Assembly: GCA_007375535.1 (NCBI GenBank)
Contig: VMEM01000006.1
Coordinates: 1-56,006 of the forward strand
Direction: 5' to 3'
Source of the DNA: Parcubacteria group bacterium LiPW_41
GTDB lineage: Bacteria > Patescibacteriota > Minisyncoccia > UBA6257 > GWB1-50-10
DNA: 56,006 bases
Below the pieces are notes generated by a model that saw only the letters and a program-made list of their open reading frames with translations, ran no database searches and was not told the origin of the DNA. Shown piece by piece: positions 26,071 through 35,473 of this stretch. Made by a program: the position numbers and the translations under genes. Within the stretch, counting starts at the first letter, position 1. Each line of letters begins with the position of its first letter.

Positions 26071-27572
26071 TTTACTGTTGATTTGATAACCATACCGCTT
26101 CGAACACCGCAGATTTCCTTTTCCTGGCTCCAAAAATGTGTTCCATTTACGAAAGTGTCAACGGGTTTATTTTCAGACCAAATAACAATATCAGCATAAT
26201 TTCCCTCAACTATAGATCCTCTATTTTTAATTCCAAACTTTTTTGCGGGAATACTTGTCACCTTTTCAACTGCCTTCTCAAATGGAATAATTTTCTTTTT
26301 CTGTACAAGAGAAAAGAATTCAGGAATGGTACTTATTCCTTGATGTTGTTTAAATTCCTTTTTCCCAAACGCAGCACTGTTTGAGGAAATAATTGATTGG
26401 GAACTATTTATTGCGTCTTGCAATAATTGCGTATCAACTGACTTTGCACCCACTGTTGCTCTAAACCGCGTTATGATCATCAACTGAATAATCATAGACT
26501 CATATGATTTATTTTCTCGCATTGAAAGTTCTCGAATTGATTTTCCCTCAAGAAACTTTAACGCTTTATCTGGTATATGACTTATTACATAATCCCGTGC
26601 TGCGTTCTTTTTCAAAAAATCAATAATACGTGAGGAAAATGCATTTGACTTTATGCCTTGATACATTCGATCAAATGACTCATCTTGTGCCCATTCTGGA
26701 AGTAATTCATAAATGAGAAGTGGGATTGTTTCAAATGTATTCACATCAAAATGAACATGAGCAGTATTTGCATGATTTGAAATATGCAACAAAGCTTCTG
26801 CATATTGCTTTCCATACTTCTTTATTGGTTGCATATGACTAATATGCATGTTTGCCTGTGTGTGTTCAGAAATCTCAATACATTCACGAACGGACTCCAT
26901 TACTCCCTCTTTCATGTCCCGCATATGAATGGCACAAACACCACCACGGCGCGTCACCGCCCGCGCAATATGCTCAATTTCATAAAATGGAGTTTTCACT
27001 CCATGGATATGTCCCAACCCAAAAGAGACACCAAGTGCTCCCTCATGAATTGATACTTCCACCATTCTTTCAATCGAATGTATTTCTCCATCAGTAAGAT
27101 CACGAAACATATTTTTCGTAATTCCCTTTCTCAACCCAGTATATCCAACTAAAGTTCCAAAATTTACACCAAGTGGTTTATTTTTTATGTAAAGAAGAAA
27201 ATCTCTCATTGTTTTCCAACTTACATTTATACCCACATTGCTGCCCCATTCCGCTGCAATATCAGGAGGAACCCCAAAAAGTGGAGCAAGAGACACACCA
27301 CAATTTCCTCCAACTATTGAAGTTATACCCTGAGAAACAAAATCTTGTTGATTTGGTTCATAAAATAAAGAATAGTGATGGTCAGAATGTGTAGTAATAT
27401 CAATACACCCAGGTGTAACAATCATCCCACCAGCATCAATAACCTCATCCCCATGGGAACGAGACAAGTTTCCAATTTTCGTAATACGCTCTCCACGAAT
27501 AAGAACGTCCCTCTGTTCTGGAATATTTCCGAGACCATCATATACTAAGCCATTTTTTATGAGAACAGCCAT
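26067..27572 (-). CDS. N-acyl-D-amino-acid deacylase-like amidohydrolase, catalytically degenerate
   Basis: PG.ID..THSD, GNCG, HMRD, ISH, G.I..G.YADIV motifs; first His and catalytic Asp replaced. Confidence 0.85.
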   Translation of the reverse strand: MAVLIKNGLVYDGLGNIPEQRDVLIRGERITKIGNLSRSHGDEVIDAGGMIVTPGCIDITTHSDHHYSLFYEPNQQDFVSQGITSIVGGNCGVSLAPLFGVPPDIAAEWGSNVGINVSWKTMRDFLLYIKNKPLGVNFGTLVGYTGLRKGITKNMFRDLTDGEIHSIERMVEVSIHEGALGVSFGLGHIHGVKTPFYEIEHIARAVTRRGGVCAIHMRDMKEGVMESVRECIEISEHTQANMHISHMQPIKKYGKQYAEALLHISNHANTAHVHFDVNTFETIPLLIYELLPEWAQDESFDRMYQGIKSNAFSSRIIDFLKKNAARDYVISHIPDKALKFLEGKSIRELSMRENKSYESMIIQLMIITRFRATVGAKSVDTQLLQDAINSSQSIISSNSAAFGKKEFKQHQGISTIPEFFSLVQKKKIIPFEKAVEKVTSIPAKKFGIKNRGSIVEGNYADIVIWSENKPVDTFVNGTHFWSQEKEICGVRSGMVIKSTVK

Positions 27573-27599
27573 GTATATTTATTATATCTGATTGAGTTT

Positions 27600-28646
27600 T
27601 TATATAAACCGAGCGATGAAAAACAACGCAAGACCAACAGTAGTGGTTACTGCGGTAATAAACCAAAAACGCATTGTAATTTGTGTTTCTGGCCATCCGA
27701 GAGCTTCAAAATGATGATGTATTGGCGTAGAAAGAAAAATTTTCTTTTTTCGTATCTTTTTACTTAACATTTGGATGATCACAGTTATCGATTCAAACAC
27801 AAGAATTGATCCAAAGAATGGAAGAAAGAAAACGCTATTGGTGAGCATCGCCATTGCACCAACGGTGATTCCTAGCGACATCGAACCAGTGTCCCCCATA
27901 AAAAACCGAGCGGGATAAATATTAAACCAAAGAAACGCAAGAAGCGCACCTAAAATTACCGCGTTCATCGCTGCAAGATCAAAATGCTTAATAGTAAATG
28001 CAATAACGGTAAACGCCCCAAAAATAAAGAATAATGTTCCACCAGCAAGTCCATCAAGTCCATCAGTTTCATTTGTTGAAAATGCAGAAGCAATAATAAC
28101 AAACATAAATAATGGAATATACCACCAACCAATAATTACATCACCGAGAAAAGGAATATAAATCGAATTCCATCCGAGACGGAAATAAAACCACCACGCA
28201 CCAACAGCAGAAACGACAGTGTACATGAGAATTTTATGCCTCATACTGAGCCCCCCACCCTTAGGACCAATACGCAAAACACCCAAAAAATCATCAATCA
28301 AACCAACAATTGCTGCGAATAGAAGATACCCAAGTGGAAGATATGTTTCTGATCTACTAATGAAGTTAAAATAATTTGCAAATCCACCAAATAATTCTCC
28401 AAAAATAAAAAATAATAATGCTAATAGTATAACCGTACCCCAGATAATAACGCCTCCCATAGTTGGAGTTTCCCCTTTATTTTTATGAAATTGATGAAAC
28501 ACTGGGGCAGTTTCTGCATCCCGAATATTTTTCTTTTTTATTCCAAATTTCATCAAAATCCTTAAAACAATCGGAGTAATCATAAGAGCCACCACAAACG
28601 AAAGGGCAAATAATATAAGAACACGAATTGCTTCAAATGCTACCAT
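27600..28646 (-). CDS. mraY: Phospho-N-acetylmuramoyl-pentapeptide transferase
   Basis: K..TPTMGG, GLIDD, N.TDGLDGLA, FMGDTGS, P.HHHFE. Confidence 0.97.
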   Translation of the reverse strand: MVAFEAIRVLILFALSFVVALMITPIVLRILMKFGIKKKNIRDAETAPVFHQFHKNKGETPTMGGVIIWGTVILLALLFFIFGELFGGFANYFNFISRSETYLPLGYLLFAAIVGLIDDFLGVLRIGPKGGGLSMRHKILMYTVVSAVGAWWFYFRLGWNSIYIPFLGDVIIGWWYIPLFMFVIIASAFSTNETDGLDGLAGGTLFFIFGAFTVIAFTIKHFDLAAMNAVILGALLAFLWFNIYPARFFMGDTGSMSLGITVGAMAMLTNSVFFLPFFGSILVFESITVIIQMLSKKIRKKKIFLSTPIHHHFEALGWPETQITMRFWFITAVTTTVGLALFFIARFI

Positions 28647-28654
28647 AGTCGTAA

Positions 28655-29569
28655 TTATTTTTTCTCCTCAGGATATGCCGACTGAATCCAATCAAACAAT
28701 TTTTCCTTTGTGTTTACCCTATCATAACTTCCTAAAATTATACAAACAACACGTTCCCCGCGAAACGTGAAAAAACCAAGTATATTCTCTCTCGCCTCAG
28801 GAGATGTCCCTGTTTTTCCACCAAGAAAAGAGAAGTCTTTTATAAAAGGATTTACATTGTAAACAATTCTGCTTTCAGAACTATTTGTCGCTTGAGCAAA
28901 AAAACTCTGCAAACGAGTTAGACTCAAAATTTCTGGATGTTTCTCTGCAATATACCGAGCAAGTTTTATAAGATCATTTGGCGTTGAAACATTTTTAGGA
29001 GAAATTCCGGAAGCATCCTCAAGAAATGTATCATTCATTCCAATCTCTATTGCTTTTTTATTTAATAACGAAACAAATGCCACACGTCCACCTGCAACTT
29101 CTTCAATTGCTGTTGCAGCATCATTTGATGATGCTAACAATAAAATAGTAATTAAATCTTGCCCAGAATACACTTCACCGCTTTTGAATTCACCAGACAA
29201 CCCTTCGGTTTCAAGTGCAACTTTTGAAATCGGTATTTTCTTTTGAATACCAATATCTTCAATAAGAACAACTGTTGTAAGAAGTTTTGTAATTGATGCA
29301 ATTGGCCATTTTTTATATGTCTGATAATTCAAATAAGAAAAATTAGAATCAAGAGAGTAAACCATTGCTCCTTCCCCATTGATAACAGGGTCCGAAATAT
29401 TCCAATCTCTCGTTGGATATTTTTTTTGTTCTTTTTTTTCTGAAAGCACTATTTCTTCCTGACTTTTATTTACTTCATCTTTTTTTTCGTCTTTAACAAA
29501 AAAATTAGAAACTACAACCGAAACAATAAGGAGACAAATAAGTAAGAAAAACTGAACATGTGATTTCAT
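28655..29569 (-). CDS. D-Ala-D-Ala carboxypeptidase (peptidase S11)
   Basis: SxxK (ASITK), SxN (SSN), KTG motifs; N-terminal anchor. Confidence 0.9.
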   Translation of the reverse strand: MKSHVQFFLLICLLIVSVVVSNFFVKDEKKDEVNKSQEEIVLSEKKEQKKYPTRDWNISDPVINGEGAMVYSLDSNFSYLNYQTYKKWPIASITKLLTTVVLIEDIGIQKKIPISKVALETEGLSGEFKSGEVYSGQDLITILLLASSNDAATAIEEVAGGRVAFVSLLNKKAIEIGMNDTFLEDASGISPKNVSTPNDLIKLARYIAEKHPEILSLTRLQSFFAQATNSSESRIVYNVNPFIKDFSFLGGKTGTSPEARENILGFFTFRGERVVCIILGSYDRVNTKEKLFDWIQSAYPEEKK

Positions 29570-29573
29570 GAAA

Positions 29574-30182
29574 TTACTGAGTTATTTCCTTTGCAGGTTC
29601 GTCAAACGGCGTCTCGGACACTTTTTCTTCTTTTTCCAAAACTGGCGTCTCCTCCATTGTGCGAGCAAACGTCTCAAGAAGTGTGTGATATCGATCGTAT
29701 TCTGGGAGCATTTTTATGTTCGAGATACCAATATGCTTTAAAAATTCTTGTGTTGGAGCATATCGAAACGAAGCGCCCTTCTCTTCTCCGCGCTCCACAA
29801 GTCCACGCATTGAAAGGTTCCGTATGGAATAACTTGAATTTACCCCACGTATATAATCAACAGTCGCCCGAGTTACTGGACCAAGATAAGAAACAAGAGC
29901 AAGTGTTTCGAGTGCCGCGGGAGTAAGCGACTCACGAAATTCATCTTTAACAATGGCCTCGCCAATTTCCTTTAACTCTGGCTTTGTTGCAAGTTGTATT
30001 GAGCTACCCCTTCTTAAAACAATGAGCCCTCTCTCATTTGATGAAATAAGTATCTGCTCGTAATGTGACACCACTGCCTCACACTCTTCTAAAGAAATGC
30101 CAAGCATTCGAGCAATTGTTGTTAATTCAATTGGCTCACCAAAGAAAAATAACAATGCTTCAAGTTTTGCTGAAAGTTCCAT
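29574..30182 (-). CDS. scpB: SMC-Scp complex subunit ScpB
   Basis: LEALLF, AALETLA.V.Y..PVTR..VDYIRGVNS, Y..T..FL..IG. Confidence 0.95.
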   Translation of the reverse strand: MELSAKLEALLFFFGEPIELTTIARMLGISLEECEAVVSHYEQILISSNERGLIVLRRGSSIQLATKPELKEIGEAIVKDEFRESLTPAALETLALVSYLGPVTRATVDYIRGVNSSYSIRNLSMRGLVERGEEKGASFRYAPTQEFLKHIGISNIKMLPEYDRYHTLLETFARTMEETPVLEKEEKVSETPFDEPAKEITQ

Positions 30183-30190
30183 ACTTTATA

Positions 30191-30949
30191 TTATTCTACC
30201 TTTAACTCACCCATCTTCGCAATCGTAATTTCACTAAAATGATCTCCCTGCTCTACTCTCACGATCTGCTGTTTAATAAGATGAAGTATTGCTAAAAACA
30301 ACACTACAAGTTCTGTTTTACTTCCCTCACCATGAAGTTCACGAAGATTTTTGGGTGCGTTTGTAAGTTTTGCTATAACTTCTTCAATTTTTGTGCGCAA
30401 ATTGAGAATTTGATTTTTTACTCTAACCTTAGGAGTCATTGCAACCTCAAGTGCTCCAGAAATTTTTAATATCGCCCCCAATAACTCATTTGGACCAACC
30501 TGCGATGGTGGATAAAATATTGTAGGAGCAGAAAGCATAAACTCACGAGTGTACATTTTTGGCATTTCGCTCCACTGTGCACGAATATATTCCTGTGTTT
30601 TTTTGAATTCCTGATACAACTTCAGTCGAACCTCAAGATCTTGTATCTCTTCTTGTTCCTCTTGAGTTAACTCAAGCGACGGAAGAAGTGTTTTTGACTT
30701 AATCAATAACAACCTTGATGCAACGACGAGAAAATCAGCAAGAAGTTCAAGTGGTGCATTATACTGCACTTGTTCATCAACCACTTTTTCATCAATTCCA
30801 AAATCAATTTTAAATCCTTCAAGATATTGTAAAAAATCAGCCGTAACACTTGCAAGCGCAATAGTGCTGATTTCCATTTTTTTTGATTCAATAAGTTCTA
30901 ATAACTTATCGAGTGGACCTTGGTAGTGATCGAGTTTTAATTCGTACAT
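30191..30949 (-). CDS. scpA: SMC-Scp kleisin ScpA
   Basis: Y.GPLD.LL.LI, DFLVVAS.LLLIKSK.LLP, FLAILHL.K. Confidence 0.93.
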   Translation of the reverse strand: MYELKLDHYQGPLDKLLELIESKKMEISTIALASVTADFLQYLEGFKIDFGIDEKVVDEQVQYNAPLELLADFLVVASRLLLIKSKTLLPSLELTQEEQEEIQDLEVRLKLYQEFKKTQEYIRAQWSEMPKMYTREFMLSAPTIFYPPSQVGPNELLGAILKISGALEVAMTPKVRVKNQILNLRTKIEEVIAKLTNAPKNLRELHGEGSKTELVVLFLAILHLIKQQIVRVEQGDHFSEITIAKMGELKVE

Positions 30950-30988
30950 ATGAATAAGTCTAACTCTACTTCTTTCAGTATACCGCAA

Positions 30989-31984
30989 TTAACCGTGACG
31001 AATTTCTATAACATCTCCATCTTGAACAATATAATCTTTTCCTTCCAAACGGAACCAACCTTTTTGCTTTGCTTGGCTCCACCCACCCGCTTCAACAAAC
31101 TTTGAATAATTAACGACTTCAGCTCTTATAAATTTATGTTCAAAATCAGTATGAATTGTTCCTGCTGCTTCTGGAGCCTTCGCGCCACGCTCAATTGTCC
31201 ATGCTCTAGTCTCGTCCTCTCCCGTAGTAAGAAAACTGATAAGATTTAAAATTTCATATGCCTTTACTATTATTGGAGACACGTCTTCGGTAAAACCAAG
31301 ATTCATAACGATGTATTGTCCACCAAGTTCTGATATTTTCTCTTTCAATTCCAAAGGAACATCCTCTTCCTCTCCATTCAAAAGAAACATTTGTTCTTTT
31401 GCGGTAAGAAGCGAAAGATCTTTCATAATTGTTTCATGAGCAAACGCTCGTGTAAGTCCTCCACTTTCAAGTGTTTTTTTAACCGCTTGTAATATTTCAA
31501 TATCTTTTAGTGCTTGCTTGTCTCCTGTGCGCACCTCTTTCTCACACTTACTGAGTCGTTTGGTAACCGTATCGAGATCTTTAAAAATAAGCTCTGTCAC
31601 AATAATATCCAAATCACGAACTGGATCAGTTGTTTGTTCTACGTGAATAATGTCAGAATCCTTAAAACAGCGAAGCACTTGTATGATTGCTTTACATTCT
31701 CGTATATTCGCCAAAAATTGATTTCCCAATCCCTCACCTTTGTGTGCATCTTTCACAAGTCCTGCAATATCATAAAACTCAACAACAGCGGGAACTGTTT
31801 TTTTTGATTTTGATAATTTCGTAAGTACATCAAGTCGCTCATCAGGGACAGGAACAACTCCCACATTTGGATCAATGGTTGCAAAAGGATAATTTGCAAC
31901 TGTTACATTTTGCTTGGTGAGAATGGTAAATAGTGTTGACTTCCCAACATTCGGCATACCAACAATGCCTATAGACAGTTTCAT
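30989..31984 (-). CDS. ychF: Redox-regulated ATPase YchF
   Basis: GIVGMPNVGKST, NYPFATIDPN, DIAGLV, C-terminal TGS domain. Confidence 0.96.
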   Translation of the reverse strand: MKLSIGIVGMPNVGKSTLFTILTKQNVTVANYPFATIDPNVGVVPVPDERLDVLTKLSKSKKTVPAVVEFYDIAGLVKDAHKGEGLGNQFLANIRECKAIIQVLRCFKDSDIIHVEQTTDPVRDLDIIVTELIFKDLDTVTKRLSKCEKEVRTGDKQALKDIEILQAVKKTLESGGLTRAFAHETIMKDLSLLTAKEQMFLLNGEEEDVPLELKEKISELGGQYIVMNLGFTEDVSPIIVKAYEILNLISFLTTGEDETRAWTIERGAKAPEAAGTIHTDFEHKFIRAEVVNYSKFVEAGGWSQAKQKGWFRLEGKDYIVQDGDVIEIRHG

Positions 31985-32060
31985 ATTTTTATAGTATTGT
32001 ACAAACGTACATTTACTTACAAATAATATAGAAAAAAACAAAAAAACAAAAGGAGTTGTT

Positions 32061-32273
32061 ATGGAAGTAGGATTGTGGATCGCTTTTTTTGGATTATTTC
32101 TATACCTTGCTATCGGTCTCGGTATCAGCGAACTATGGTATAGAAAGAAACTATTTAAAAAGATATCACGTGGCGAAATGTTTATTTCTACAAAAAAACT
32201 TGAAAGAACACTTTTTTATATGTGGTTTTTCTGGATCGGTATGTTTCCGTACAAATATTACAAATTAACCTAA
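32061..32273 (+). CDS. Small membrane protein
   Basis: AAGGAG SD; two hydrophobic segments. Confidence 0.65.
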   Translation: MEVGLWIAFFGLFLYLAIGLGISELWYRKKLFKKISRGEMFISTKKLERTLFYMWFFWIGMFPYKYYKLT

Positions 32274-32286
32274 TGGCGGAGTCTTT

Positions 32287-32559
32287 ATGGGAAAGTGGGC
32301 GTATGAAACTATCTGCCCCGCGTGCTTGAATGAATATTCCGATATTAATATTGAACATCAAAAAACAAAGCATCACATACTTCCAAAACGTTTTTTTGGA
32401 GGTGGAGGTGGACAGATCGAATTATGTAGATCGTGCCACAACGATCTAGAAAAGGAAATCCCTCAAAAGAAAGTACTCTCACAAAACAAATATGTTGAAA
32501 TTATAAAAAACTTCTTCAAAAAGCGAAACCAAGATTTCAAAATCCCGCATGAATATTAA
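32287..32559 (+). CDS. Small HNH-like zinc-binding nuclease
   Basis: CPAC...TKHHILP..F.G....LCRSCH. Confidence 0.65.
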   Translation: MGKWAYETICPACLNEYSDINIEHQKTKHHILPKRFFGGGGGQIELCRSCHNDLEKEIPQKKVLSQNKYVEIIKNFFKKRNQDFKIPHEY

Positions 32560-32569
32560 TGCGGGATTT

Positions 32570-32980
32570 TTATATAAGACTTCGTATTTCTGATAACACA
32601 TCCTCTGGAATTGCATCCCGTATGGGACTTACCCCGGGATATCTCCATACCGTAATTATTTTAAATCTCTTTCCTGTACTCCCTAAAAACGACTGCATAT
32701 TATCAAGTGGCCTCTCTTTCTTTTTCTCTTGTTTAGGATTTCGAAATTCGTCATTCGAAATTCCTTTTTGATTTTCATCAAAAAGGACGTACATCACCCA
32801 CATCTCTTGTTTCCCCGCAGGTTGCATTGCCGCAATTGCTCCATCAAGAACCCCCTCTTCGGTGCGTTTTGGAAATCGAACAATTCTTCTCACTCTTTGA
32901 TCAGAAATTCCATACTGTTGCATCTTCTCCCATGCATGAGAAGTCCAAATATATTTAGAATCATTCTTCGGCTGTTTCAT
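32570..32980 (-). CDS. DUF4258-like (RelE/BrnT-fold) protein with low-complexity insert
   Basis: WTSHA.EKM..YGIS...V...R.P...IITVW pattern. Confidence 0.55.
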   Translation of the reverse strand: MKQPKNDSKYIWTSHAWEKMQQYGISDQRVRRIVRFPKRTEEGVLDGAIAAMQPAGKQEMWVMYVLFDENQKGISNDEFRNPKQEKKKERPLDNMQSFLGSTGKRFKIITVWRYPGVSPIRDAIPEDVLSEIRSLI

Positions 32981-32983
32981 ATA

Positions 32984-33013
32984 TTCGAAATTAGAAATTC
33001 GTCATTCGAAATT
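32984..33013. repeat. Tandem heptamers TTCGAAA/TTAGAAA/TTCGTCA; 20-nt copy at 32743-32762
   Basis: GAAATTCGTCATTCGAAATT at 32743-32762 and 32994-33013. Confidence 0.8.
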
Positions 33014-33017
33014 AATT

Positions 33018-33473
33018 TTATCTCCCATACATTCCAACCAATTCAGCTTTTGAGATGATATGTCCCTCCATTGCTCGCAATAACTCATCTTTTTTTGCTC
33101 CCTCAGGAAGTTCTAATTCACAATCAAGTGCGTATAACGAAAATATATAATGATGTGGATCTTTTCCTTTTACTGGGCACGGTCCCATATATTTTATCTT
33201 TCCATTACTTCCAGTCCCTTGCACCGCACCAGAAGGAACAACACCCTCCTGAATATATTGTGAGCGTGGTGGAATATTCCACATCAACCAATGATCCCAC
33301 GGAACCCCACGGGTTGCATCAGGATCATCAATAATAAGTGCTAAACTCTTTGCATTGTCAGGTACGTGTCGTATCTCAAGCAAGGGATTTGTATCCTCTC
33401 CATCACAGGTATATTTTGTCGGAATCATCTCACCATCTTTAAATGATGAGCTTTTTATCTTCATTTCTTCCAT
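33018..33473 (-). CDS. YbhB/YbcL (PEBP, Raf kinase inhibitor-like) protein
   Basis: IP.KYTCDG, DDPDA, HW..WNIP, Y.GPCP, H.Y.F.LYALD. Confidence 0.92.
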   Translation of the reverse strand: MEEMKIKSSSFKDGEMIPTKYTCDGEDTNPLLEIRHVPDNAKSLALIIDDPDATRGVPWDHWLMWNIPPRSQYIQEGVVPSGAVQGTGSNGKIKYMGPCPVKGKDPHHYIFSLYALDCELELPEGAKKDELLRAMEGHIISKAELVGMYGR

Positions 33474-33532
33474 ATATATGTAGTATACCGTAAAAAAGCT
33501 AAAAGTTTAATCACAAAAATAAAAAATGTGTC

Positions 33533-33567
33533 TCACTTTTGCACTTTGCGCTTTGAATTTTGCACTA
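33533..33567. repeat. Tandem degenerate heptamers upstream of the dnaX -10 box
   Basis: TCACTTT TGCACTT TGCGCTT TGAATTT TGCACTA. Confidence 0.7.
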
Positions 33568-33579
33568 TATAATGTTCCT

Positions 33580-34701
33580 ATGTCACGAGCGTTTTATAGA
33601 ACCTACCGCCCATCCTCTTTTGAGGATCTTTTGGGTCAGGAACCAATTCAAAAAACGCTTCGAGAAGCAGCGCGACAAGACAAACTTGCACACGCATATT
33701 TATTCGCGGGTCCTCGAGGAACCGGAAAAACAACAACGGCACGACTTATCGCAAAAATTGCAAATTGCGAAACCCGTGCAAAAGATACTAAATTCAAAGA
33801 AAAGGGAGAGCCATGTAATCATTGTCAGTTTTGTAAAGACATTGATGACGGACGTTCGATGGACGTTATTGAGATTGACGCAGCATCAAATCGTGGAATT
33901 GATGAAATGCGAAATCTAAAAGAAACGATTCGTGTTGTTCCAACTTCAGCATCTCACCGAGTTTTTATTATTGATGAAGCACACCAACTCACCAAAGACG
34001 CGTGGAACGCATTATTAAAATCTCTTGAGGAACCTCCTGAGTATGTAATTATTATTCTCGCAACTACCGAATCCGACAAAGTCCCCGCAACTATTCTTTC
34101 ACGCGCACAACAGTTTTATTTCAAACAAGCATCACTTGCAGTAATCGGAAAAAAACTTTCGCATATTATAAAAGAAGAATCTATTTCTATTGATAGCGAA
34201 GCCCTCGAACTCATTGCAGCAACCGCTGAGGGAAGTTTCCGCGATGCAGAATCTCTCTTGGATCAACTTGCATCATTTACCGCAGGAAAAATAACACTTG
34301 AAAATGTTGAATCAATGGTGGGGAAAGTTGGATTTGATAAAATTTGGAAATTTTCCGCGACCGTATTAAAAAATGATTTACCATCTGCACTCTCTTCTCT
34401 TTCTTCTCTGTATGAAACAGGAACAAATATCGTGCAATTCACCAAAGATCTTATTCAACACATCCGCAGAATTGCTGTACTTCATTACAACCCAGAAATG
34501 AAAACAGTATTTGCAAACGAGGTTATGAACGACCACCTCGAGAAACTTGAAGAGCAATCAAAATATTTTACAGACAAACACATTGAACTTCTCAAAGCAC
34601 TCATTGAAGCCCACGGTCAGATGAAATATAGTAAATTTCCTATTATTCCACTTGAAGTTGCGATCATTGAAAGCTTGAAATCGAACACCAATATTATATA
34701 A
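33580..34701 (+). CDS. dnaX: DNA polymerase III subunit gamma/tau (short form)
   Basis: YRTYRP..F....GQE, GPRGTGKTT, PC..C..C, EIDAASNRG, IIDE.H, SRAQ, GS.RDA. Confidence 0.96.
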   Translation: MSRAFYRTYRPSSFEDLLGQEPIQKTLREAARQDKLAHAYLFAGPRGTGKTTTARLIAKIANCETRAKDTKFKEKGEPCNHCQFCKDIDDGRSMDVIEIDAASNRGIDEMRNLKETIRVVPTSASHRVFIIDEAHQLTKDAWNALLKSLEEPPEYVIIILATTESDKVPATILSRAQQFYFKQASLAVIGKKLSHIIKEESISIDSEALELIAATAEGSFRDAESLLDQLASFTAGKITLENVESMVGKVGFDKIWKFSATVLKNDLPSALSSLSSLYETGTNIVQFTKDLIQHIRRIAVLHYNPEMKTVFANEVMNDHLEKLEEQSKYFTDKHIELLKALIEAHGQMKYSKFPIIPLEVAIIESLKSNTNII

Positions 34702-34727
34702 TTGACATATAATCTTTGTTCGATTTC

Positions 34728-35414
34728 ATGACATATAATAACTCAATAAAAGAAAAAGTGGTAACTTTGAGAAAAAGTGGCCTTTCCTATTCTGAGATAC
34801 TCAAAAAAATCCCTGTTGCAAAATCAACACTGGCGGCATGGCTTCAGTCGGTCAACTTATCTAAAAAACAGAAACAACGACTAACCGAGCGAAAAAAACA
34901 AGCGCAACTTCGTGGCGCTTTAGCAAGAAAAGATATACGCATTCAAAATACTAAGAAAATATTTATTGAGGCAAAAAAAGACATACCAAATATTATAAAA
35001 GATCCTTTTTGGATTTCTGGAATTCTCCTTTATTGGGCAGAGGGATCAAAACAAAAAGAAAACAACCCATCTTCAACAATGCGTTTCTCTAATTCTGATC
35101 AAAAAATGATCAGACTCTTTCTTGAATGGTCAAAAAAATATTTAAACTTAAAATCTAGTGATTTTGCTTTTGATTTATACATACATAAAACTGGAGATTT
35201 AGAAAAATCTCTCATTTTTTGGACCAATATTATTAATTGCAAAAAAGACGATATCCATGTATATTTTAAAAAGCATCAACCAAAAACAACACGAAAGAAT
35301 GTGGGAGAAAATTACCATGGGCTTATTCGAATAAATCTACGTAAAAGTACAAATTTATATCGGAAAGTTGATGCATGGATATCCCATTTGTGTGAATATT
35401 GCGGGATCGTCTAA
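34728..35414 (+). CDS. HTH + single-motif LAGLIDADG-like protein
   Basis: N-terminal HTH (LRKSGLSYSEI...VAKSTLAAWL), GILLYWAEG motif, FSNSD..MI..FL.W; last 5 codons lie inside tRNA-Gln. Confidence 0.7.
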   Translation: MTYNNSIKEKVVTLRKSGLSYSEILKKIPVAKSTLAAWLQSVNLSKKQKQRLTERKKQAQLRGALARKDIRIQNTKKIFIEAKKDIPNIIKDPFWISGILLYWAEGSKQKENNPSSTMRFSNSDQKMIRLFLEWSKKYLNLKSSDFAFDLYIHKTGDLEKSLIFWTNIINCKKDDIHVYFKKHQPKTTRKNVGENYHGLIRINLRKSTNLYRKVDAWISHLCEYCGIV

Positions 35415-35470
35415 CGGTAGGACAGCGGACTTTGAATCCGTCAATCTAGGTTCGATTCCTAGTCCCGCAG
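35400..35470 (+). tRNA. tRNA-Gln(TTG)
   Basis: Acceptor TGCGGGA/TCCCGCA, anticodon arm GCGGA-CTTTGAA-TCCGT, GGTTCGATTCC T-arm; CCA not encoded. Confidence 0.96.
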
Positions 35471-35473
35471 CAT

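Noticed and set aside
34400-34701. Programmed gamma/tau frameshift in dnaX
   Set aside because: The ORF ends cleanly at about 373 aa and is followed immediately by a promoter and an unrelated gene; no downstream tau domain in another frame was recognised
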